Source: Octopus sinensis (lineage: Eukaryota). From it: 12,993 nucleotides of DNA. The notes beneath the pieces were generated by a model. It was not told where the DNA came from. It ran no database searches and saw only the letters and a list, made by a program, of their open reading frames with translations. How positions within the stretch are numbered: position 1 is the first letter of the stretch; each line of letters opens with the position of its first letter. Shown here one piece after another: positions 1 through 8,680 of the stretch. Location: the NCBI RefSeq assembly GCF_006345805.1, contig NW_021826378.1, positions 1 to 12,993 on the forward strand. Reading direction: 5' to 3'. The position numbers and the translations under genes are program-made.

Positions 1-59
1 GAATGCGAATGTATGAAAGAATTCATAAGTGAAACAGTCAGGTTATTTACAATTGTTTG

Positions 60-77
60 TGTGCGTGTATGCGTGTA

Positions 78-113
<36 letters not shown>

Positions 114-122
114 AGTGTGTGT
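60..122. repeat. (GT)n microsatellite
   Basis: Direct reading: GT run with a few GC/GA interruptions. Confidence 0.95.
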
Positions 123-316
123 ATTCTTTTATTCTTTTATTTGAGTGTGGCCATGCTGGAGCACCGCCTTTAGTCGAACAAATCAAACCCAGGACATATT
201 CATTGTAACCCTAGTACTTATTCTATCGGTTCTCTTGTGCCGAACCGTTTAGTTACGGGGACGTAAACACACCAACATCGGTTGTGGGGGACAAACACAG
301 ACACACAGACACACAG

Positions 317-352
<36 letters not shown>

Positions 353-503
353 GCTTATTTCTGTGTTCCTTTCTGTTTAGGAGCGTAGGCTCGAAACGTA
401 AAAGACTTTATCACTTCCCGAGTGTTAAACTAACACATCTGATAGTTGTTTACACCACCTGTCTTCGTCTTTTGTTGTTTTTTTTGTGTGCGTGAATTTT
501 CCC
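353..503 (+). mobile_element. Short HHR-bearing fragment (probable Penelope-like element remnant) inserted in the central (TA)n of SINE copy A
   Basis: Absent from the other three SINE copies at this position, flanked by (TA)n on both sides, and contains an HHR-like fold at 369-404. The PLE origin is inferred. Confidence 0.5.
369..404 (+). ncRNA. Degenerate minimal type I hammerhead ribozyme motif
   Basis: CTTT (stem I) - CTGTTTA (core, 2 mismatches to CUGAUGA) - G - GAGC gtag GCTC (perfect stem II) - GAAAC GT A (palindromic ACGT helix III, H17=A) - AAAG (stem I). Confidence 0.5.
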
Positions 504-673
504 TATATATATATACGATGGTCTTCTTTCAGTTTCCGTCTACCAACTCCACTCACAAGGCTTTGGTTGGCCCGAGGCTATAGTAGAAGACACTTGCCCA
601 AGATGCCAAACACTGGGACTGAACCCGGAAACGTGTGGTTGGGAAGCAAGCTACTTACGACACAGCCACTCCT

Positions 674-676
674 CTG

Positions 677-733
<57 letters not shown>

Positions 734-746
734 TTCTCTTTCTCTC
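674..746. repeat. (CT)n microsatellite
   Basis: Direct reading. Confidence 0.95.
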
Positions 747-895
747 AATATATATAAACACGCATGCTCATATACATATCTATTGCGCTTTATTGTAGTG
801 CGTTTCATGTTGTTGCTGCTGCAGCGACAACTGTTTTTCGCCTTGTAAGATTTAGTGGCGATTATTAGCATTATATGAAAGTAAAATAACCCCCT

Positions 896-898
896 GTG

Positions 899-929
<31 letters not shown>

Positions 930-958
930 TGTGTGTCTGTGTGTGTGTGTGTGTGTGT
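896..958. repeat. (GT)n microsatellite
   Basis: Direct reading. Confidence 0.95.
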
Positions 959-989
959 TTCAGTATATATGTGTCCTGCAAATAACACA

Positions 990-1244
990 TTATGTGTGTA
1001 TGTATGTATGAATATTAAAATATCTGTAAATGTTTATATACATATATAAATATATATACGTGTGTGTGTGTTTGCTTGTGTGCGTGTATGTATATATGTA
1101 TGTATGTACATACATTAAACATACATATGTATAAGTTTTATATATATATGTATGTATGTATATATAATTATACATATACATTGTATAATTATATATATAT
1201 ATATATTATATATATATATATATAATTATACGTATACATATGTA

Positions 1245-1286
<42 letters not shown>

Positions 1287-1345
1287 ATACATATAAAGAG
1301 AGAGAGACCTATACGTTTGTATGTATGTGCATGTATGCATTATGC
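990..1345. repeat. Compound (TA)n/(TATG)n low-complexity tract
   Basis: Direct reading. Confidence 0.9.
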
Positions 1346-1371
1346 ATATATGTCTGTATATGCCCTGCGTG

Positions 1372-1511
1372 TGTGTGTTATTTGTTCCGTTTATGTATCC
1401 CTTACGTCAGGATTAGCGACCAGCATATAGTGTCAGCAATTTTGAAAACAGATGCGAATATATATACACATATATATGTATGTATATATGTGTATATATA
1501 CATACATACAT

Positions 1512-1565
<54 letters not shown>

Positions 1566-1840
1566 CACATGTATGGGTGCAGGACGTCACCAACAGTAAA
1601 CATTATAAAATACGAAAATAAACCTGTTAAATGCGAGAGAAAAGAAATTGGAAAACAGGACAAGTAACACACAAAGAACGACCCTTCATCAGTTGTCGGC
1701 TCTCTATCTACTCTTCATTTTGTTTGAAATATTTTGTTTGAAAGAAGAAAAAAATTCCATCTGTTTTCAAAATTGCTGACACTATATGCTGGTCGCTAAT
1801 CCTGACGTAAGTGATACAGAAACGGAACAAATATCACACA
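1372..1840. repeat. 83-bp inverted repeat (1372-1454 / 1758-1840), 303-nt spacer
   Basis: 1401-1454 is the exact reverse complement of 1758-1811 (54 bp); the full 83-bp arms differ at 3 positions. Confidence 0.92.
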
Positions 1841-1844
1841 GCAT

Positions 1845-3050
1845 CTTCCATCTTCCTAACAATTCCAACAGCATAGAACTGCATTATACAACACAGACCG
1901 CAGCGGCAAAGGATGACACCAAATGCAACTTCTGCAATGAACAACCAGAACTGCAACAGTAAAAATGTCTTAGCAACAAGAACAACTTCTACTTCAGGTA
2001 CAATGTCGGATGCAGCAGGAAAATGAAACTGCATTATAAAACTGCAACGACACCAGTAACACAAACTGCAGCGACAAAAATAACACCAAATGCAAAACAA
2101 TGTGATGAACAAGCAGCTAGAAGTGCAATTGCTTATAAATCTCAACAAGGACAACTTCTTTAGCAAAAGAAGCAGCAACAACAACAGCATAAAGTGCATC
2201 AAAAATACAAGAACTGCACCAGCTGTACAAAAGCATCAACAAAAATGACACCAACTGCAAGCGTGATATAAACGACTAGAATTGCACTTCTAACAAAATC
2301 TTAGCAACATGAGGTACTTATATATATAAGTACCTTTCTGCAAGTACAATCTCAGAAGCGACAAAAACAAAAAAAATGTATTATAGAACTACATAAAAAT
2401 ACAAGAACTTCACCACCAACACAAAGAGCAACGGCAAAAATTAAAACTGCAATTGCACAAGCAATGCAGTTACTGCACCAACAACACAAATTGCAACAAC
2501 AAAAATAGCAACTGCAATGAAAACTGAAATTGCACAAGCGATGAAGTCTCTGCAACAACAATACAAATTGCAACAACAAAAATAGAAACTAGAATAAAAC
2601 TGCAATTGCACTAGCAATGCAGTCACTGCACCAACACCACAAAAATGTCACCAAATGCAACTATGTCACAAACAACGAGAAGTGCACCTGTAACAAAGAA
2701 TAAATGCTACGACAAGTACGTCAGAAGTAGCAGCAACAAAAAAAACTGCATCAAAAAGTGCATCAACTGCAACTTCTCTAAAGACAGCTTATCTGTGCAG
2801 ATGCAGCAAAAGGACAACTGCAAAAACTGCACCAACAACGGCAATGATATCTGCTGCAACATAAGGAAAAAAGAACATAAAACTGTAATGAGAAGAACAA
2901 CAAATGCAAGTGTAACTGCAGCACCAGCAGCACCAGCACCACCACGCCAGCAACAACAACAATTGCAACAACAACAATAAGTGCAGCAACAACAACAACA
3001 GCAATTGCAGCAACAACAACAATCGCAACAACAAGAATTACAACAACAAT
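1845..3050. repeat. Cryptically simple AAC/ACTGCA-rich degenerate tandem repeat region
   Basis: Recurrent (A/T)CACCAA(A/C)TGCAA motif at about 1916, 2083, 2248 and 2648; 76-77-bp unit x about 2.7 at 2443-2645; grades into (CAA)n at 2950-3048. Confidence 0.75.
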
Positions 3051-3177
3051 TTGAGAAGTCAAGATGGGTGACAGCTAGAAGAATGGTATTATCAAGGATT
3101 ATCTCAAATCTCCTGTAAGGATGGTAACAAGATTAACCAATGAAAACACATTGATCTGTGTAAATACTGACAACATT

Positions 3178-3582
3178 GCGGTGGTATGGTGGCGGCGACG
3201 GCGGTGGCGGTGGTGGCGGTGGTGGCGGCGACGGCGGTGGCGATGGTGGTGGCGATGGTGGAGGCGATGGTAGTGGCGGTGGTGGTGACGGCGGCGGCGG
3301 CGATGGTGGTGGCGGTGGCGGTGGTGGTGACGGCGGCGGCGGCGGCACCGACTATGATGACGTGACGTTGTTTTTGCTGTTGGTGGTGGTGGTGGTGGTG
3401 GTAGCGGTGGTTCACCAGATAGCAATGGTAGCGGTAGAGAAGGTAATAAGGGTAGTGGAGTCTGTGGGAGTGGTAGTTGCGATGGTGACAATGGTAATGA
3501 TTGTAATGACATTCATTGTGGGGGTGGGGCGGTTATAGGGGTGGCGGCGGCGGTGGTTGGGGTGATGGTGGTGGTGGTAGTG
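3178..3582. repeat. (GGT/GGC)n trinucleotide low-complexity tract
   Basis: Direct reading. Confidence 0.9.
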
Positions 3583-4228
3583 TGGAGAAAATAAAGATCG
3601 AAGAAAAAAGATGGGGTAGTGATAAAAAAAGAAACAAACAAAAGGAAGGAAAGCGAATGGAGGTGGAAGGTAAGGGTGGAAGGGGTTAAGATGTCAGTAG
3701 GTGGGAGTAAGAAGAGGAAAGAGAGAGAAAGAGGGAGAAGGGGGAAATGAGAAGAGGGAAGGTGTAATGAAGGATAAAAGGAATGAAGTTTGAAATATGA
3801 AGGGGAAAGAGAAAAAGATGACTAAGGAGAGAGAGGAAGGAAGGAAGGAAGGAAAGAAAGGAATGAAGGAAGGAAGGAAGGAAGGGAGAAGGAAAAGAGG
3901 AGGAGAGAGGAGGAGGCGGAAGAAGAAGACGAAGAAAAGTGGGGAAAAGGAGAAAGATGACGACGAGGAGAAGAATGGGGAAAGGGGGAGGAGGAGAAGA
4001 ATGGGGAAAGGGGGAGGAGGAGGAAGTAGAATAGGAGTGGTGTGAAGGGAGAGATGGGACATGCCAGAAGGAGGGGAGGAGGGGACAATAAGGAGGATGA
4101 GGGAAGAAAAGAAGGAGAAGAAGAAGAAGAAGAAGAAGAAGAAGAAGAGGAGAAGGAAGGGAAGGAAAAGGAGGCGAGAAGAAGGAGGAGATAAGGTGAA
4201 GGAGAAGGAACACGAGGGGAGGAGGAGG

Positions 4229-4283
<55 letters not shown>
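3583..4283. repeat. Polypurine tract: (GGA)n/(GAA)n/(GGAA)n ending in (GAAA)n
   Basis: Plus strand is overwhelmingly A/G for about 700 nt. Confidence 0.92.
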
Positions 4284-4363
4284 ACAGCCTGTACAGAAGA
4301 CTGCTGCGTGAAGAATTTGAGGATCAGTGTTAAAATACAAGAGGCAAATCGGAATCTTCAAAG

Positions 4364-4740
4364 ACTTACTGCCAACATCGTTGTTATTCCATCTCATTTT
4401 ATTTTATTTTATTTTATTTGACACATTTAATCTACGAAACGTCTTTAGTTCAGTTTTATTTTCTCAGCGCAAATTTACACCGGGCGCCATTTTGCTTTTA
4501 TTGACGGATTAATTTGATCTTCGGTTTGTTGGTCTCGTTCAACATGGCTGCTGACGCGGCTTATCTTTACGACATGTTATCGCTTCTTACATGAGATAGC
4601 AACTAGAATTTCTTGTGAGATTTATTATTGTCGCTGTTATTGCTGCAATAACAATGTTTACTGTCAATACACATACTGCTTATCCAGAAGTGTCGATACG
4701 AACGTCCGACGCCCCCGGGTTTCTCCGCTCTGTATGAGCG
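4364..4740 (-). promoter_or_regulatory. Candidate promoter / first exon (CpG-rich unique island)
   Basis: 21 CpGs counted in 4435-4740; YY1-like CGCCATTTTG (4485-4494) and AACATGGCTG (4541-4550); minus-strand donor consensus CA|GTAAGT at 4370/4369. Confidence 0.35.
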
Positions 4741-4741
4741 A

Positions 4742-5330
4742 ATGCATGCATATATCTATGTACGTATGTATGTATGCACGCATGTATGTATGTATATATA
4801 TATGTATGTATACATGTGTATGAACATATGTATATATATATATATATATGTATGTATCTATTTATCTATCTATATATGTGTATATATATATATGTATGTG
4901 TGTATGTATGTTATGTATGTATTTATGTATGCATGCGTGTATGCATGTATTTATGTATGCATGTTTGTACGTATGCATGTATGTATATATGTATGTGTAC
5001 ATGCATAAATGTATATATGTATATACGTGTGCATTGATTTATGTATACATGTATGTATGAATGTGTGTATGTGTGAATGCATGTATACTTGTAAGCATGT
5101 ATGTGTGTATGCATGCATATATGCATGCATGAACGTTTGAGTATATAAGTATGTATGAGTAAATGTATGCATGTATGAGCGTGTATGTGTGTGAGTGTGC
5201 AAAGAGAAATATATATGATTATATGTGTGCTCATGTGCTTAAGTGTGTGCGTGTGTGTGCACATATGAAGACAGATATTTGTATCAATTTCTCCAGTGTG
5301 TATATATATATACATATATATATATATATA
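4742..5330. repeat. (TATG)n/(TA)n/(TG)n low-complexity tract
   Basis: Direct reading. Confidence 0.92.
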
Positions 5331-5332
5331 CA

Positions 5333-5796
5333 CTTTTACTTGTTTCAGTCATTTGACTGTGGCCATGCTGGAGCACCGCCTTGAGTCGAGCAAATCGATC
5401 CCAGGACTTATTCTTTGTAAGCCTAGTACTTAATATATTTTATAGGTCTCTTTTGACGAACCGCTAAGTTACGGGGACGTAAACACACCAGTTTCGGTTG
5501 TCAAGCGATGTTGGGGGACAAACACAGACACACAAGCATATACACAGACACACAAGCATATACACAGACACACAAGCATATACACAGACACACAAGCATA
5601 TACACAGACACATAATATACATATACATATACATATACGACGGGCTTCTTTCAGTTTCCGTCTACCAAATCCACTCACAAAGCTTTGGTTGGCTCGAGGC
5701 TATAGTAGAAGACACTTGCCCAAGGTGCCAGTGGGACTGAACCCGGATCCATGTGGTTCGTAAGCAAACTACTTACCACACAGCCACTCCTACGCC
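5333..5796 (-). mobile_element. tRNA-derived SINE, family 1, copy B (near full length)
   Basis: Minus strand begins GGCGTAGGAGTGGCTGTGTGGTAAG with B-box-like GGGTTCAGTCCC; colinear with copies A, C and D. Confidence 0.9.
5522..5612. repeat. Perfect 20-bp tandem repeat (ACACAGACACACAAGCATAT) x 4.5 inside SINE copy B
   Basis: Direct reading; units start at 5522, 5542, 5562, 5582 and 5602 (partial). Confidence 0.92.
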
Positions 5797-5833
5797 TATA
5801 TATATATATAATATATATATATATAATATATAT

Positions 5834-5890
<57 letters not shown>

Positions 5891-5895
5891 ATATA
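5797..5895. repeat. (TA)n microsatellite
   Basis: Direct reading. Confidence 0.95.
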
Positions 5896-6074
5896 CACAC
5901 ATAGGTATGTATATACGCTTGTATGTATTTATTTATAACTCGAGATTAAAAGTGCTGTCGCCCGAAGATCTAGGGCTTCGTGGTATTTATATATTATCCC
6001 GACTATTAATACTATAAACACTACACACAGATATATGTATGTGCGTATGCGTATGTATGTGTGTGTGTGTGTAC

Positions 6075-6105
<31 letters not shown>

Positions 6106-6107
6106 TA

Positions 6108-6141
6108 GGTCAGCCTATGAACTTTTCAGGCAACCCTCGTA
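6108..6141 (-). mobile_element. Orphan Tc1/mariner-type terminal inverted repeat
   Basis: Reverse complement reads TA|CGAGGGTTGCCTGAAAAGTTCATAGGCTGACC, resembling TA-CGAGGG...AAAAGT mariner termini. No partner found in the window. Confidence 0.45.
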
Positions 6142-6159
6142 CATGTGTGTGTAAAGTCG

Positions 6160-6423
6160 TTGGTTCAATCTCCGGCAAAGCGTTGTGTTCGTGAGCAACA
6201 CATTTTATTTCACGTTGCTCCAGTCCACTCAGCTGAGTAGTATATGTATCTTCGAAGGGCCAGGCTTGTCACACTCTGTGTCACGCTGAATCTCCCTTAG
6301 AACAACGTTAAGGGTATACATGTCTGTGGAGTATTCAGCTACTTTCACATTAATTTCTTGAGCAGGCAATTCCTTCGATCGGTTCAACTGAACCTCTCGT
6401 CGTCGTAACCGACGGAGAGCCCA
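6160..6423 (+). mobile_element. 5'-truncated tRNA-SINE of a second family
   Basis: B-box-like GGTTCAATCTC (6162-6172) followed by GTTGTGTTCGTGAGCAACACATTTT, resembling the conserved TTGTGTCCTTGGGCAAGACACTT body of CORE/V/Meta-type SINEs. Boundaries are partly from recall. Confidence 0.5.
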
Positions 6424-6592
6424 AATATATATAGATATATATATATATATATTACGGAGGTATAATTGTATAGCGAGTGACTTGATCTGAGATCGTGTGT
6501 TGGAACGAAAACAATTGCAGCGTGGAAGGTGTTTATGAGCCATTTAAGAAACACACAAAAGCCGTTCGATTCACTTCAATATTTAAATTTAA

Positions 6593-6643
6593 TTTGTTAA
6601 AATATCTTCGTCGCTTTGAGGCCGCGACCTCTTCACTGACAAA
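6593..6643 (-). ncRNA. Degenerate type I hammerhead-like motif with G at core position 3
   Basis: Minus strand: TTTGTCA (stem I) - GTGAAGA - G - GTCGC [9 nt] GCGAC (perfect stem II) - GAA - GATATT (one change from palindrome AATATT) - T - TAACAAA (stem I, 6/7 pairs). Confidence 0.5.
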
Positions 6644-6729
6644 ATTGCGTGCTGCATCTCATATATATTATAAGCGATACCTGAGTAGCAAAAATCTCCG
6701 TTCAGCTCCATTCCATTCTTTCCTATACT

Positions 6730-6757
6730 TAATATATATATATATAATATATATATA

Positions 6758-6796
<39 letters not shown>

Positions 6797-7019
6797 GTAA
6801 TAATGTATGTTTGTATGTATGTATATATGTATATATATATATAATTATATATATATATATATATATCATGTATGTATGCATGTATGTATGCATGTATATA
6901 TGTATGGTATGTATGTAGTATGCATATATGTATATATATATGCATATATTATATATATACATATATACATACATATATACATATACATATATATACATAT
7001 ATATAGATATATATACATA

Positions 7020-7085
<66 letters not shown>
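6730..7085. repeat. (TA)n/(TATG)n tract
   Basis: Direct reading. Confidence 0.95.
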
Positions 7086-7136
7086 ATGAGAAGAAAATGG
7101 TGGTAATTGTCAATTCAAAAATTAATATTTATTAAC

Positions 7137-7247
7137 GAGTGGCTGTGTGGTAAGAAGCTTGCTTCTCAACCACATCGTTCCGGGTCCAATCCCACTGCGA
7201 AGCCTTGTGAGTGGATTTGGTAGACGGAAACTGAAAGAAACCCGTCG

Positions 7248-7279
<32 letters not shown>

Positions 7280-7490
7280 TGTGTTTGTGTGTCTATGTTT
7301 GTGCCCCAACCATCGCTTGACAACCGATGCTGGTGTGTTTACGTCCCCGTAACTTAGTGGTTCGGCAAAAGAGAACCGATAGAATAAGTACTAGGCTTAC
7401 ATAGAATAAGTCCTGGGGTCAATTTGTTCGAGTGAAGGCGCTGCTCCAGCATGGCCGCAGTCAAATGAGTGAAAGAAGTGAAAGAAAAAA
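7137..7490 (+). mobile_element. tRNA-derived SINE, family 1, copy C (45-bp internal deletion)
   Basis: Starts GAGTGGCTGTGTGGTAAG; colinear with copy D but lacks the 45 nt between CCCACTGCG (7199) and AAGCC (7200). Confidence 0.88.
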
Positions 7491-7491
7491 C

Positions 7492-7684
7492 ATTATATTA
7501 TATTCTTATAATAATCTGATAAAATAATTTAGTTCTATTTTTAAGATATATATTTATATTTGTCCTCATCTTGTTTGTTGTTAACACAACATTTCGCCCG
7601 ATATACCCTCCAGGCTTTATCAGGTGTCTTGGGGAAATTTCGAATCTGGGTTCTCATTTCTAAGGTATTTTTCGAAGTTATTAT
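7492..7684 (-). mobile_element. Inverted copy of the 3' tail of the element at 7689-8230
   Basis: 7556-7684 reverse-complemented aligns to 8011-8140 with 7 substitutions and 1 indel; a further match ATTATTATA(A/G)GAATATAATATAAT extends the arms to about 7492 and 8230. Confidence 0.88.
7583..7628 (-). ncRNA. Minimal type I hammerhead motif (G8A core variant)
   Basis: GACAC - CTGATAA - A - GCCTG [10 nt] CGGGC (5 pairs incl. one G-U) - GAAAT GT T - GTGTT. Confidence 0.6.
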
Positions 7685-7688
7685 AATT

Positions 7689-7753
7689 ATGGAGTAGTGG
7701 TTAAGAGCGCGGGCTACTAGCCCCAAGATTACTGGTTCGATTCCAGGCAGTCT

Positions 7754-7842
<89 letters not shown>

Positions 7843-7868
7843 TAATAATGATGATGATGATATTAATG

Positions 7869-7915
<47 letters not shown>

Positions 7916-8230
7916 TAATAATAATAATAGTAATAATAATAATAACAATAATAATAATAATAATAATAATGATGATGATGATGATGATGATGATGAAAAT
8001 GATAATGATAATAATAACATCGAAAAATACCTTAGGAATGAGAACTCAGGTTCGAAATTTCCCCCAAGACACCTGATGAAGGCTGGAAGGTATATCGGGC
8101 GAAATGTTGTGTTAACAACAAACAAGATGAGGACAAATATCCGTCAAATCTAAATAATGTAAATGATGTAAAAATAATTTATTATCTATTATCTCATATT
8201 ATATTATATTATTATAGGAATATAATATAA
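7689..8230 (+). mobile_element. Composite SINE-like element: tRNA-like Pol III head + (AAT)n/(GAT)n + hammerhead-bearing tail
   Basis: A box TGGAGTAGTGG (7690-7700), B box GGTTCGATTCC (7734-7744) within T-arm CTGG-TTCGATT-CCAG, anticodon-arm-like GGGCTACTAGCCC; microsatellite 7758-8017; HHR at 8068-8113. Confidence 0.7.
8068..8113 (+). ncRNA. Minimal type I hammerhead ribozyme motif (intact CUGAUGA core)
   Basis: GACAC (8068-72) - CTGATGA (8073-79) - extra A - GGCTG [10 nt] CGGGC (one G-G mismatch) - GAAAT GT T - GTGTT (8109-13). Predicted cleavage after U8108. Confidence 0.68.
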
Positions 8231-8457
8231 TATTATGTTAATAAATTATAAATTTTAAATTGACAGTTGTATATCTCCAATTTCTTTTCATTTTTATGAA
8301 TGTAATATATACCCATGGGAATTCTAAGGCTTTTCTCTACTAAATTCGATATTAAACAGTTGAACCAGTGAAAGAGTGGATGCTTTCATCTTTATTTTAC
8401 TTGTAATGGATGCAAGTATTATATATATATAATATTATTACAAATTTGGGATATACA

Positions 8458-8649
8458 GGCGCAGGAGTGGGTGTGTGGCAAGTAGCTTGCTTCCCAATCA
8501 ACCACATTGTTCCGGGTTCAGTCCCACTGCGTGGCACCTTCGGGAAGTGTCTTCTGCTATAGCCTTGGACCGACCAAAGACTCGTGAGTGGATTTGGTAG
8601 ACGGAGACTGAGAGAAGCCCGTCGTATATATATATATATATATATATTC

Positions 8650-8680
<31 letters not shown>

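Larger units (their letters stand above)
123..673 (-). mobile_element. tRNA-derived SINE, family 1, copy A (interrupted at 353-503)
   Basis: Minus strand starts AGGAGTGGCTGTGTCG (A-box-like) and has B-box-like GGGTTCAGTCCC at about 615-626. It is colinear with the copies at 5333-5796, 7137-7490 and 8458-8935, sharing e.g. GGCCATGCTGGAGCACCGCC and TTCAGTTTCCGTCTACC. Confidence 0.88.

Noticed and set aside
486-1672. ORFs rich in YI/HT/SL/ER dipeptides
   Set aside because: Translations of (TA)n, (CA)n and (CT)n microsatellites and SINE sequence; the same applies to similar ORFs at 4742-5902 and 6729-7323.
1686-1692. CTGATGA hammerhead core on the minus strand
   Set aside because: No stem II followed by GAAA could be built around it in this copy.
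1802-1826. CTGACG...GAAAC in the right arm of the inverted repeat
   Set aside because: Core has an insertion and stems I-III do not pair convincingly; at best a heavily decayed motif.
3099-3538. Poly-Pro/Ser-Pro (extensin-like), poly-His and poly-Gly ORFs
   Set aside because: All frames are open simply because (GGY)n lacks stops; no complex domain or splice context.
3822-4397. 191-aa minus-strand ORF with a plausible-looking N-terminus (MRWNNNDVGSKSLKIPICLL...)
   Set aside because: About 45 residues of unrecognised sequence running into (TTTC)n; a GTAAGT donor after codon 9 suggests the rest is intronic if transcribed at all.
5522-5612. CRISPR-like array
   Set aside because: Contiguous identical 20-mers with no unique spacers, inside a eukaryotic SINE.
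7689-7757. Functional tRNA gene
   Set aside because: No acceptor stem pairing and it runs straight into (AAT)n; better explained as a SINE head.
7541-8153. Poly-Leu/Ile and poly-Asn/Asp ORFs (194 aa and 101 aa)
   Set aside because: Translations of the (AAT)n/(GAT)n tract and flanking repeat arms.
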